The translations under genes were made by a program, and so were the position numbers. Of a DNA stretch of 64,000 bases, positions 1-13,586 are shown in pieces. Source of the stretch: Octopus sinensis (taxonomy: Eukaryota); NCBI RefSeq assembly GCF_006345805.1, contig NC_043001.1, forward strand, positions 82,584,001 through 82,648,000, in the 5' to 3' direction. How positions within the stretch are numbered: position 1 is the first letter of the stretch; each line of letters opens with the position of its first letter. The notes under the pieces are model-generated. The model worked only from the letters and a program-made list of their open reading frames with translations. It was not told the origin of the DNA and made no database searches.

Positions 1-461
1 ATCTTAACAAGAAATTATCAGGTAGATAGCGTGAAAAACCTCATAAGAGAAAAATTTCGAAAATAATTCTTTCTTATTGAACATATTAATTTATATATAG
101 AGGGCATTATTACACATACATACCACACGCTAAGAGGGACATTAGTCATTTCTACCAAAAAATTTTACTAATCATACTCAATGCAATTTTTCCAAAGCAA
201 GATATTTAAAAAATGAATTTAGTCTTGTATCACCTGTGATTTCGTACTTATCGTAGATTCGACCGTACTCATCAGCAAGACTGATTCTGAACATATCATA
301 AATAAACGAACCTGCACCGTCAAAGCCGAACAGCTATCTGTTCAACTCTAACGACGCACATGGGGAAGTTTACATATAATACATCCGGTAAATAGCAGGC
401 TTCTTCGAATTGCATTTCGGATAGGAAAAGTTTTTTCGGAATAAAATTATTTAACAATTAA

Positions 462-507
<46 letters not shown>

Positions 508-509
<2 letters not shown>

Positions 510-905
510 TCTTTTACTCTTTTACTTGTTTCAGTCATTTGACTGCGGCCATGCTGGAGCACCGCCTTTAATCGAGCAACTCGACCCCAGGACGTATTCT
601 TTTGTAAGCCTAGTACTTATTCTATCGGTCTCTTTTGCCGAACCGCTAGGTAACCGGGACATAAACACACCAGCATCGGTTGTCAAGCAATGCTAGGGGG
701 ACAAACACAGACACACAAACACACACACGCATATATATATATATATACATATATACGACGGGCTTCTTTCATTTACCGTCTACCAAATCCACTCACAAGG
801 CTTTGGTCGGCCCGAGGCTATAGTAGAAGACACTTGCCCAAAGTGCCACGCAGTGGGACTGAACCCGGAACTATGTGGTTGGTAAACAAGCCACTTACCA
901 CACAT
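508..905 (-). mobile_element. tRNA-derived SINE, family A (near full length)
   Basis: The minus strand begins with a tRNA-like head (GTGGTAAGTGGC...GGTTCAGTCCC B-box). It ends ...GGTGCTCCAGCATGGCCGCAGTCAAATGACTGAAACAAGTAAAAGAG. The same sequence recurs many times in the window. Confidence 0.9.
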
Positions 906-1772
906 ATACATATACATATACATATACAGTGAGGAATATAGTGAGATATATATGTACGTACACATAATGAGACTATGGTAACAAAGCGAGCACTGCAGAG
1001 AGAAACTTGTCTTTATTACTTGTATATTAATTATAAATACCATTATAAATGTAGAAACTCTACAGTGAGTTATATTGCTCTTGTAGTTATATATTAGTTA
1101 TATATATATTATGATAAGGCAACACTATCTCTATATTGCCAACATATAACTCAACGTTTCTCAGGTTTTCCTTCCTGTCTAATCTACACACACTCACACA
1201 CACACACTCAAGGGCCGTGTGTTTTGTTCATTGCCACTTAAACTGCCAATGCACGAAATTCTCGATTCTTGAGTCACTCTGCAACTTCTATCATTTATTA
1301 ATAAGGTATGTATGTGTGTTTGTGTATATGTGTGTGTGTTTGTGTGTTTGTGTGTGTGTGGTGTGTGTGTGTGTGTGTGTGTGTGTGTGCACTCTTGTTT
1401 TGTATTCTATTCTCCTGCTTGCGTTACTAATCCTGTTTCACTGGGATATCTAACACACTGCTTAAGTACCAATCTTGAGAAATTAGGTTTCTCAAAATAA
1501 GAAAGAAGAAAGTTGATTCGAAGACTACAGATCCAGGCAATCACTGAAATTGTGAAAATTTGTAGAACTTTCCAGAAAATTGTCATTTCAGTATATATGC
1601 GCATGTCTAGAAATGCATGAGAATACAAACGTAAAACAAAACATACAAATTTTCACATATACTGACTCCAAATACTGGACGTAAACATACATACATGCAT
1701 GCATGCATACATACATACATACATACATACATACATACATACATACATACATACATACATACATACACACAT

Positions 1773-1872
1773 GCAAAAATACCCCGTTGGTGTTCTTGAA
1801 ATTCCAATGTAGGAGCCTTGAATCTAGGTTAGAAAACGATTCCTTCTCTATAGGCAAGAAATCTTGAAATAA
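1773..1872 (+). repeat. Short interspersed repeat (GAAATTCCARTGAAGGAGCCTTGG...AGAAACCGG family), copy 1
   Basis: Matches 25530-25617 (+) and 29790-29870 (-). Each copy is adjacent to a (TACA)n tract. Confidence 0.75.
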
Positions 1873-2654
1873 ACCTGAATAATGACATACATTCATGCAC
1901 ACATACGTACTTACATACACACATACATATAGATATATAATGTGTGTGTGCGTGCGCGCACGCGAGTGCATGCATACGTGCGTGTGTGTGTGTGTGTATA
2001 CATATACATATGCATATACATATACTTATATGAAGATACGAAAGAAAAATGTTCGTATGCTCGTTGACTGGGTAACAGACAAACGAGAATATCATCTTCA
2101 AGATAAGTGGGGGGAAAGAAATGGTTGATACTATTGAAAAGGAATAACGAAAAATATAGGGTAAACAACAAAACAACAACAAAATCAACAACCGCAATAA
2201 TCACAAAATAAACCCATAAACAATTTCATAATGTTATCTGGTTTACTAAAAATAATCTTATGGTATGAAGATAGCAATATATTTATTGCTAACTTTCTCA
2301 GTTCAAACGTACAGAATTCTAAAGCTCTGAGTTACTGTTCTTTTTTTTTTATTATTTATCATCGTTATTTGCCTCAAATCCAGCTGGAATCGACTTAGCC
2401 TATCATCATTCTGAAATCGATAAAATACGTACCTGTCAAGTTTTGGAATTGATATAATCGACTATAGTCTACATCTTCATAGTGGAATCTGTGACTTTGC
2501 TTTGTTTGGGAAACCAATATTTCTAACATCAAAACGAGGTCAGTGGTGGGAAAGGTTCACTACTGTGTTACGTTTAGCTGTTTGCATTATATATGTATAT
2601 ATACGTAATATACTATCCATATATATAAATATATGGGGGAAATTCACAAAAAAA

Positions 2655-3350
2655 AAGACAAAAGACGAAGACAGGTGGTGCAGACAACAAACAGATGTAT
2701 TAGTATAACGCTAGGGAAGTGAAAAAGTCTTTAACGTTTCGAGCCTACGCTCTTCCACAGAAGAAACAAGGAGGGAAAATAGAGAATGTGTAGTGGCTAG
2801 CGATCTATCATGGCGAATGCCGGACAAAGGGGTCACACAGGAAAGCTAGGGAGAAGGGGAGATAATAAAGTAGTGGTGATCCCAAAACGAAGGTACGCGT
2901 GCCTGTGTGTATATGTAGGTGTGAAAATGCGGGTCTAGGAAGTGGTCAGTGCTGATGTGTGCGTGGTGGTGTGTTGTGTTGTGATGTGTTGTGTGATATG
3001 GTGGTATAAGGTGTAGTGGTGTGTGGTGTGGTGTCAGGGTGTTGGGAAGTGGGGGAGGCGAGAATGGGGAAAGCAAGGGTCGGTTGTGGGTTAGGCTGAG
3101 GGTGGGTGTAGAGTTGGGGTATGTGGGAGTGGGTGTAAGAGATGGGGTGGGGTGGGATGGGGAAGGATAGGGAAAGTGGGGGTGGAATGTGTGTGGGGGC
3201 TTACGAGGAAGAGGTGACGATAGAGTGGGAAGGAGAAGGTGGATAGGTGTGAAGAGAAGAGAGAAGAAGAGTAGGAGTGAATTGAAGTAGGAGTCAGAGC
3301 AAGGGAGGAGAGGTGGGTAGGAGAAGTATGGTGTAGAGGGGAGAGATAGA
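2655..3350 (-). mobile_element. Penelope-like element 3' terminal region (non-coding relic)
   Basis: Colinear with 34965-35560, which is attached to PLE RT/GIY-YIG sequence. Shared motifs include GATAATAAAGTANTGGTGATCCCAAAA and TTTCGAGCNTACGNTCTTC. Confidence 0.75.
2727..2764 (-). ncRNA. Minimal hammerhead-ribozyme motif (U6-variant family)
   Basis: Minus strand reads TCTT-CTGTGGA-A-GAGC GTAG GCTC-GAA-ACGTT-A-AAGA. Stem II is perfect and stem I is 4 bp. Confidence 0.6.
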
Positions 3351-3357
3351 GTAGAAA

Positions 3358-3391
3358 GATAGATAGATAGATAGATAGATAGTAGATGATA

Positions 3392-3464
<73 letters not shown>

Positions 3465-3515
3465 CAGGCAGACAGACAGATAGATAGATATTAAGATAAA
3501 TAGATAGATAGATAA

Positions 3516-3592
<77 letters not shown>

Positions 3593-3650
3593 TAGATAGA
3601 CGGACAGACAGGCAGGCAGACAGATAGATCGATAGATAGGTAGATAGATA
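3358..3650. repeat. (GATA)n/(GACA)n microsatellite
   Basis: Directly visible tetranucleotide array. Confidence 0.95.
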
Positions 3651-5169
3651 GATGTGTGTCTATAACAAACATCACCAGAAAAAATAAAATAAACAGGAAA
3701 AGTGATTAAGGTGAATTAAAATATGTTTGGACGTTTCGTCGCGTAAATTATAATAAGGATGATAAATGATCGACTTAATTACCATTTCTATAGATCGGTG
3801 CTTTCAGGAAGAACATTCAGTTTGTATTATAAAACGGTGTTACTCGAGAACATTCTAATATAATGATAAGGCCATTATAAAAACAACGATTATCTAGAGA
3901 AAAACATTGTCTCCATCTAATTTTCATTTAAATGTATAGAAAATATATAATATTGTAGATAAGATAAATGATACTTTTATAATTGTAAATATAGAACGGT
4001 TTGTCTGAAGGGGCAAATTTAGGGCAAAAGTATATAAGGTTAAAGAAAATGTGTTCGTAAAGAAGAGATTAATTGTAAACTACATAAAGAACTTTATTTA
4101 TTTATTTATTTGCTAGGCAAACTTGCCCTGCAAATGTTAAACAGTAAGAAATCCCCCACCCGTCCACACACACACACCACACACACATCCTCTCTCTCTC
4201 TCTTTCTCTTCTCAACTACTAAACAGCGATTCGAGATGAAAGAAGAAAGGAAAAAATCAAATATGCCTTTTTAAACTATAAACTAATTTCGAAGAATCTT
4301 GAATTATGCCACAATGACGATTCCAACAGAGGTTGAAAAACTTTAAGAACTTTATGTTATGTAGAAAGAAAAAATATTAAATGTATATACTCTTTACTCT
4401 TTGGTGTAAATTCCTCAACTTAACCCAGAAAAGGTTGTCTCCTCTATAATCGTAAATCACGCATACATACGCACACACACACAAATACACACACTTACAC
4501 ATACGCACACACAAATTAGAAACTATTACTTACATACACACACACACACATATATATATATTACTTACGCACACACACGCATATGTGACGGTCTTCCACA
4601 CTGTTCGTCCACCACACTTACTCACAAGTTATTGGTCAATCCGGGACTACAGCAGAAGACACTTGCCCAATGTGCCACGCCGTAGAACCGAACCGGAAAC
4701 CAAGTTGCTGCAAAGCGAGCCTCTTAAACACACATCTTATTTCATTAAAAACGTTACTTTCGGTGTGTCATCTACAGCAGTGCTCCGCAACCTTTTAACA
4801 CTTACGGTACACTTATATTATTTTCAAATTTCGGTGGTACAACTGAACTGCAATAGGGAAAGTATAGGGAAAAATTATATTCAAGTTACACTGCGGCACA
4901 CCTGCCATCGTCTTGTAGCATACCAATGTGCCGTGGAATACCGGTTGCGGAGCACTGATCTACACTCCTAATTATTCTTGTTTACATTAGTGTACACTGT
5001 ATGCGATGAACTATTAAATAACACTTGTAATTAACTTAAGAAATAGTTCTTTAACCTTACGAAAATAGATATATTTTACACAATATCATCGTAATATCTA
5101 AGCTGTTTTTTTTTTTTTTGTTGTTTTTTTTTTGCATACAGTAAAGACAAGAAACATTAAAATATGACG

Positions 5170-5935
5170 ACGTCCTCGGGAAAATTCTGGGCATCGACCA
5201 AAATCAATTGGCTGGTCTGTTCCGAGAAATCCTTGGCTTGGCTGTGTTACCGGGGTGGCATCTTCGGCTCAGGATAAACTCCACAAGCATGGTAGTGTCG
5301 TCAGTTGCCCCTGCCCAAAATGCACAAAACTGTCATGCACGTTCTCGTACTGTGCGCAGGCATTGCTGGCCTGTGGAGATATGTTGAACAACTGCACGTG
5401 TAGGACGAATCCGGCTTTTGGCTAATACTATCGTGGAGATCACCGCGCCGCATTCCTTTAGTCGGGAAGGGCAGGCAGTTTTTTCTGTGTCAGGCGGCTA
5501 TGACAAAAAAAGCGGTTGAGTGGAAGACGAGACTGAAAAGAAATAATACAGACACTTTCCTCTTCGGCCAAGCTCTCATCAACTTTTTAAATTCCATTTG
5601 AAAAGGCATGTGAGGGTCGAAAGGGATTTGACACCTATTAGTAAATTTGTTGGAAGGGGATGAATGTAGCGAGAATGGTTCAAGTGAGTGGGCCTACTAT
5701 AAGCTGGCGCTTGTAGGCTGAGGAGTACGGAGGGGAAAGGAATACTTGCCGTGGCACTCTTGGTGAGTTCGGTGGATCGGTGTCTGTGGGTTTTCGAGAT
5801 TGTCCCAAAGAAACGTTTGTTCTTCTACGGGAGAAGTTGTTAGTTAAACCTATTTTTGTTAATTGTTATTATTATTTCTGTTTGCTCTATTCTATGTAAA
5901 TCACCACTATCCTCTGCCTTTGTACTGTCCTAGAT
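5170..5935 (+). mobile_element. L1/Tx1-clade LINE 3' end, degraded
   Basis: Frameshifted translation gives EKSLAWLCYRGG / QDKLHKHGSVVSCPCPKC / TVMHVLVLCAGIAGLWRYVEQL, a C-terminal CCHC knuckle region. It is homologous to 28690-29382 and 61695-62245. Confidence 0.75.
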
Positions 5936-5944
5936 TTCTTTCTT

Positions 5945-6125
5945 GCGGTCTAGCATTTCGTCCGTCTTTACGTGTTGACTTCAAACTCCGCCTGGGTCGA
6001 CTTTGCCTTTCATTCTTTCGAGATCGATAAAATAAGTGTCAGTTGAACACTGGGGTCGATGTAATCAGCTATAACCCTTCCCCAAAATTACTGGCTTTGT
6101 GCCAAAATTTGAAACTATTATTTAT
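5945..6125 (+). mobile_element. SINE family B, 5'-truncated
   Basis: Contains GTCGACTTTGCCTTTCATTCTTTCGAGATCGATAAAATAAG...TGTGCCAAAATTTGAAAC followed by a (TTA)n tail. Confidence 0.8.
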
Positions 6126-7004
6126 TATTATTATTATTACTACTACTACTACTACTACTACTACTATTATGAGTAATCAAATAGTGGGATCAATGTAATC
6201 AATTAGCCCCCTCCCGCCAAAATTTTAGGCCTTGTGCCTATAGCAGAAAATATTATTTTTATTGTTGTTTTTATTTCAAAATCATGTTTTAAAGAAAGTA
6301 CATCTAATGTTCTTTAAATGGCTTCAGTGACTCTACTACAATGTAACTGGTAATTCACAACATCCCATAACATGATATCATTTATTAAATTCCGTACTAC
6401 ATTCAAATTATTCCAGTTAAAGAAAAAATGTGGCAAAAGAAATGAAACTAAATAAGAAAAAGAATACAACGCCAAATTCTACATTACAGCACAAATTCAA
6501 ACTATTAGGTGCTCTACAGAATATTCCAGTTATGTATCATTTTCGGTAATATTATTCCGTGCCAGAAAGTCTGTGAGAACTCATCAAACCACTACCATCT
6601 GTTTATCCTTTAAGAATGACCCAAATTAAAGGGTGTCTTCCTTTCAAGACGCTAATGTTTTCAGGTTGAAGAATTAGATAAACCGCTAATTCGTTTGCAG
6701 CCAGATTTGCTGATGTTTGCGATAAAAATATGTTTTTGCTGGCTGCACTCTTCGTTTTTGTTCCTCCTCGTCCTTCCTTAACCCCCAACTCAATGTTGTC
6801 ACAGAGGGTGGCATTCTCAGAAATAATAACACCCTCTTGGCTGGTAAAAAAAAAAAAAGCAAAAAAGAGAGAGTTAGGCTTAGACGATTTTAAATACTTT
6901 GGAGGAACTCAGATGAAAATGTAATGCTTTCAATTTATGTTCCCATTACTGGTATGTGTATTTAAGAGAAGGATAGTAGAGGAGATAGACAGATAGATAG
7001 ATAA

Positions 7005-7060
<56 letters not shown>

Positions 7061-7202
7061 GGAGAGAGAGAGAGATAAATAGATAGAAAGAGAGATAGAT
7101 AGCAAGAGAGAATGATAAAAGTGAAAAAGAGTGAGTGAGTTTGTGTGTATGTATGTTTGTATGTATGTATGTACGTATGTATGTATGTATGTTTGTGTGT
7201 GG

Positions 7203-7234
<32 letters not shown>

Positions 7235-7279
7235 CGTATGTATGTATGTATGTTTGTGTGTGGTGTATGTGTGTGTGTG

Positions 7280-7310
<31 letters not shown>

Positions 7311-7831
7311 GTGTTCAAATTCTTTACGCTACTATGTATGAGCTATGGATGAAATAATGAACGGCAACCGAAAAATTTTATTCTTTAACGGAAAATCGGA
7401 TTTAAGAAAAAACAACGGTCTGCAAATCACTAGAATACTATTTTATTCATAGAAACAATAGCCACAAAGCCAGCATGTGTCAATCTGTGTATGTTGTGTG
7501 CGTGACATTGTGTGTGTACGTGTGTGTGTATATGTGTGTTGCTCAAGTCCACTCAGCTGGAAAAAATAAGTTGTACCTGTATACTCAGAAGTCCAGCCTT
7601 GTTACGTCCTCTTGTCTCGCTGAATCTCCCAGAGAAGTTAAATGTACATGTGTCTGTGGAGTGCTCAGCCACTTGTAACGCTAATTTCACGAAGAGGATG
7701 TTCCGATGATCGGAATCACCTTGAACATTCGTCATCGTAACCGACGGAGAGCCAGTACGTGTGTGTGTGTGTGTGTGTGTTTGTGTGTATGTGAGTGTGT
7801 GTGTGTGTGTGTGTGTATGTATGTGTGTGTG

Positions 7832-7864
<33 letters not shown>

Positions 7865-9524
7865 CATGTGTGATTTATGCGAGTAAGAGAACAGATGCTC
7901 AGTAGATAAGCGAAAAACTCGTAACAATTAGCTACCAAATCTCTTTCAAATTATGCGCCACTGTCTTGAAAAATAAAAGACATTGAACTATATAATCTTA
8001 GATACAGAATAAGACTGGATGGTCATAGCTAAAATATCTTTTAGTGTGGTGTTTTCGATGTAGGTTGATCCGGGACTGAGCAACAACAACAACAGCATAT
8101 AAACTACCATGTCATTTAATCTCACCATATAGCTACCGCGGTCTATAACCGCCACATCATGAACCAGCATTAAAACATCTACGTGGGCTTTCATATTATA
8201 CATCTTTGTCTTAAACAGGGTACATTGAATAATGTAGTCCGTAGATCCAGTAGATACAGCATTCTTTCCATTCTTTATAGAGGCACAATGTCAATAGTTT
8301 TGAGGAGAGAGGACAGTCGATTGTATTGAGCCCAGTACTTGGATGGTACTTTATTTTATTGATTGCGGAAGAAAGAAAAACAAAGTGGGATTTGAACTCG
8401 GAACGTAAAGAGCCGGAATGAATACTGCTAAGCATTTTGTCTGGCTTACTTAGGATTCTATGGCCTAGCAGAATCGTTAGCACGTCTGCCTTTACAGCAG
8501 GTTGTATGTGGATATATATGTGCAATGTACAGTAAAGGGATGCTATGGTTCTCAGTTGGTATCATAGCTAGAATGCTAAATTGGTTCATTGCTGCAATGC
8601 GTTTCCATTTTGTTGCTGTTGCTGCTGCTATTGCAATTGTTGTTGTTGCTGCTGCTGCTGTTGTTGCATCAGCAGCGCTGAGTCGACACCTCACACCTCG
8701 GGTCTAACAGTTCAAAGCCATTTAAAAATTATAAAGACATTGGTTAGTCTTACAGAGCCAATCTTCAAAGCATATTCATTGACAACTGTAATCTCATTAA
8801 ATATATCAAAGTAGCAGTCAGCAACCATCTTAGTCTTCTTATCAATCAGCAGGAAACGAAAATACCTCCACCTTTTTAATCTGAAGCGCTACCTTTAATC
8901 CATCTAATCGCTTATCTCACCAACTTCCGCAGTAAATATCCATTTGACGCGTCTTATAATATTTTCACTAGATTTTGCTCGAGTATTTTCTTTCCCTTTT
9001 CGTTATATATCCAACGGTTCTAAATTCAAATCGTTATCGCAGTGAAAGTAGATGATTGCATTACATGTTTCGTAAAAGAAAGAAAAAAAGTGCGACTATT
9101 TCTGGCAAAGTGAGAGCTCGTGATACAGAGGGAATCGTGTTCTCCTTGTGGTAGAAAAAAAATTAGAGAAAATTCCCTCTTTTTATCACAGAAACAGATG
9201 CACAAACACATACAAAGGCCCAGTTATATGTGTCTCTGTCTACATGTATTACATACGTATGTATGTATGTATGTATGTATGTATGTATGTATGTATGTAT
9301 TATGTATGTATGTATGTATGTATGTATGTATGTATGATTGTGTGTGTGTATGTACGTATGTATGTATGCATATCTTTCTATTTGTTTGCTGTCTATCTAT
9401 CTGTCTATCTGACTGTCTCATTCTGTCTCTGTCTATCATTCTATCGCTCCCTCTCTGTAGGTATATATCTATCAATCTATCTATCAATCTGTCTGACTGT
9501 CTGTCTATCTGCCTGTTTGTGTGT

Positions 9525-9597
<73 letters not shown>

Positions 9598-9926
9598 TAT
9601 ATATGTATGTATGTATACGCTGTTACACACAGGGCTAAGATACTATCTAGTGACGTAAGGCCGAATGTGTGTAACGATCGTATGTATATATGGCGGTGAG
9701 AAAAATATATTAAAAATAGCTCGGATCTGTGTGCAGTATTTGTAAGTTGTTTCTTTTGAAGTGGAAACTACAAGATAGCTACCGCTAGATTAGGATTGTA
9801 TTAACAAATATAATACAAAATGAAAAACAAAAATAATTAATTATTATATCTCCGATTCTAACATACATTCAAGCATACATATATACATACATACGTACGT
9901 ATATTATATTATATATAAATATATAT

Positions 9927-9969
<43 letters not shown>

Positions 9970-9995
9970 ATTATATATATATATATATACATATA

Positions 9996-10095
9996 NNNNN
10001 NNNNNNNNNNNNNNNNNNNNNNNNNNNNNNNNNNNNNNNNNNNNNNNNNNNNNNNNNNNNNNNNNNNNNNNNNNNNNNNNNNNNNNNNNNNNNNN
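9996..10095. other. Assembly gap (100 N)
   Basis: A run of exactly 100 N next to a (TA)n tract. Confidence 0.99.
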
Positions 10096-11780
10096 GCAAA
10101 TCCTGCTGCATTTCATATGGAAGTTTTGGGCCTCCAAATAGTCTTGGTGTATACGTCTACCTATTTTTAGGGGCCCTAAATTTGGTCTGAAAATTCGAAT
10201 TCTATGCCAGAAAATATGGTAGATTACTTATTTAAAGTGAGTCTTAATCGAGAGTTGAAAAGGATTGGTAAATGTTCTTAGAGAAGAGAGTACTGTGATG
10301 TTTTTGTCCCTGAATATGAGGTCTGTCTTTGCAACGGAGTCTTTGCTAAGTTCAGGATGTGTAATCATCAGAAGAAATCTTCAGAGACAGAGACGTGTAA
10401 ACCTTGCAGTAGCTTTAAAAGATCTTATTATGACTGTTTGGAAGATTGTTGGATGCGACAGGCATTAATTTCCTAATTGTTGTGTCTTTCTGCTATTGAA
10501 GAAAACATGATTAATATGACCTTATTAGAGTATATCTTCGTGGTCCCTGTTCATGGTGTTAGTTCATGCTTGGGGTTAGAGCAGAGTTGTTGATTAACCT
10601 CAGATCAATTCTGAGCAGAACTATTTTCAAAAGCATTCGTCATATTAGAGGTATTTAGAACTACATTATCTAATGTGTCTGTCTTTCGTTTTCGGCACCG
10701 ACTCTTAAAAGTAGGCTGTGGGGGTTTATAGTAATTTGGCTTCTATTTTTGCTTGCTCGAGCGACTACGTATACTGTCTCCTTAGCTCTTAGAAATTCCT
10801 TATTTGTAATTCATGACTCGTGGATGTGTCAGGAATATATAAATATATAAATATATTTATAAACGACAGACGTGTTGGCTTTTGGATGTATTTTGGATGA
10901 CTGACAACACTAAGTGATCAGATTTGTTTAAAATAACAAAGAATAGAAAGTTATCAAAAGACTGTAAGCCAATTCTTCCTTTATTTTGTAAGCAGATACG
11001 GTTCACTTAAAGTTTCTTTATAAATTGGTACAAATTATCTAAAACTATATGGAAATATTCTGAATCAAAGAAGAAATAGAGCTAGAAGTCCTGAATGAAT
11101 CAAGCTTATTTTTGTAATAACATTCAGTACAAAGATTTCTGATGTAGGCACTAAGCCAATAATTTTGATAGGAGAGGGTAAGTCGAGATCATCGACCCCA
11201 ATATTTCACTAGTACTCTATATTATCGAACTAGAAACGATGTAAGGCAAAGATCTTAATAATATTCATAAAACAGTTGACAGTTGCTATTACAACTTTCT
11301 AAATTTCAGACCAATGAGTTGGTAGTTGACTTCTACGTGCTCGCTTGATCTGCTAGGAATAACTATGAGATAATCGCTTTCAAATTTCACACAACCACCT
11401 TTAGAAAATAGGAAAGATGTATAGGATAATATAGTCGTATATGATGGGGGATCTCCATCGTTCGGAGACGAGGATTCAGTTATCCGATCGACTGAATTAT
11501 CTATTCTTGAATTAATGTATAAGTGGCTGTGTATTCCACAGGCACGGTGTGCCTACAGCGTATCGCGAAGCGGTGTGTGTGACAAAGCTGTACCTTTTGA
11601 ATTACGGGTACAATGAATCAAATGAGCTTCTATATAGTTTTCCCACAACCCAATTTCACTCTTAAGGTATCAATCGATTCTAATTTATGTAAATAACATT
11701 TTCCCTAGATGCTTCGCAATGGGATCGAGCTCAGGATGTCGTGGCTATAAAACGAAAATCTTAACCATTCGACCGTACTT

Positions 11781-12225
11781 GTAATCGACTTAATCCGTTT
11801 GTCTGTCCTTGTTTGTCCCCTCTGTGTTCAGCCCCTTGTGGGTAGTAAAGAAATAGGTATTTCGTCTGTCGTTACGTTCTGAGTTCAAATTCCTCCGAGA
11901 TCGACTTTGCCTTTCATCCTTTCGGGGTCGATTAAGTAAGTACCAATTACGCACTGGGGTCGATGTAATCGACTTAATCCATTTGTCTGTCATTGTTTGT
12001 CCCCTCTATGTTTAACCCCTTGTGGGTAATAAAGAAATAAGAATCGTTAGTACGCCGGGGAAAATGCTTAGCGGCATTTCGTCCGCCTTTATGCTCAAAG
12101 TTCAAATCCCTACGAGGTCGGAAATATGTTTCGTCTTTTAGGAGTCGATAAAATAAGTACCACTTGAGCAATGGGATCGATACAATCAACTAACGCCTTC
12201 CCTCAAAAATTTCAGGCTTTTTATT
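11781..12225 (+). mobile_element. Tandem SINE family B units (tail-body-tail-body)
   Basis: Two copies of the tail GTAATCGACTTAATCCRTTTGTCTGTC...TAAAGAAATA (11781-11856 and 11965-12040), each followed directly by a head-truncated body. Confidence 0.85.
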
Positions 12226-12864
12226 AATTGTAGAAAGAATTTCTAAGAATATATATTCTACCTTAGCAGGACGTTTGAAGTATATTTATGTTAGTTCCTC
12301 GCTTCCCGTTTCTTTCAACGTCAAGAGAAATTGCGAATGAAATAAAATGTTTTGTTTTGCTTCTAGAAAACAACTTTGTTTATTTCTGAAAATTTGGAAA
12401 TTTCAACAGGTGAAATATTGCACCCAAACATCCGCAATAGATATAACCCAGTTTCTCATTAATACGTCTCTTATCAAAAAGGTTTTCTAAAACACCTGCC
12501 CGCTTGTCTGCCTGAGTTTCGTTATCACCTACCATATACATATTTATTATATATATATATATATATATATATACACAAATACATACATACAACACACATA
12601 CACAAATATGTCTATGTGTGTATATATATATATATGCATATGTAAGCATACACACTCACACACATACACGTTCGCGCGCACACACATAGTAGGAGCAATA
12701 ATTCAAAGAGGGCTACCTTATTCAGTCATACGTTTCTTCTTTTCATCTTTTTCATTCCTGTAAGTAAGAGGCAAGGAGTAGCGAAAAAATAATGAAATGA
12801 AAAAAAGAAAAATGGAAAGAAAACGCAAGAAAGAGAACAAAGAGAAGAAAATGAATGAAAAAGA

Positions 12865-12870
12865 TACAGA

Positions 12871-12911
<41 letters not shown>

Positions 12912-13067
12912 AAAAAAGAAAGAAAGAAAGAAGAAAGAAAGTAGGAAGAAAGAAAAAACAGACAGAAAGAGAAAAGAAAGGAAAAGGGGAAAAGAACGAA
13001 ACAAAGAAGGAAAGAAAGAAAGAAAGAAAAAAAGAAAGAAAGAAAGAGAGGAAGAAAGAAAGAACGA

Positions 13068-13111
<44 letters not shown>

Positions 13112-13112
13112 G

Positions 13113-13146
<34 letters not shown>
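12865..13146. repeat. (AAAG)n microsatellite
   Basis: Directly visible. It explains the K/E/R-rich ORF 12797-13435. Confidence 0.95.
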
Positions 13147-13147
<1 letters not shown>

Positions 13148-13586
13148 GTAGGAAAAGGAATATGCAGAAGATTTAATAAGGATGTAAAACAGAATGAAAC
13201 TGGAGACGATGAGATTGGAAGAAAGTATTCTAATGCTGTTTTTCAAGGTTTTAGAAGAGTGGAGTTTCCATTGACTGGGAGAGTTCCTTGCTGCAAAAAG
13301 AGAAATAGTTTGGTGAGAACAAGATCTTGTAGCTCTAGAGACCGAATTATTAAACATTTTTTTAAACGTTGTCTTTTTGTATTTGTTCAGTTATTTTACT
13401 GCGACCAAACCGGGGTACCGCCCGGGAGGGTTTAGTCGAACATATCGATCAAAGTATTTATTAAAACTTGGTATTTATTTTATTGGTCATATTACCAAAC
13501 TGCTAAGTTACTAAGTAAACAAACCAACATCGGTCGTCAATGGTGACAGGAGATAAACACAAATATATATATATATTTATTATATA

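Noticed and set aside
10200-10800. Possible LINE ORF1 remnant on the minus strand (SLEQAKIEAKLL)
   Set aside because: It needs frameshifts and rests on one short motif, which is insufficient.
12797-13435. 212-aa K/E/R-rich ORF
   Set aside because: About two thirds is translated (AAAG)n microsatellite and the remainder has no recognisable motif.
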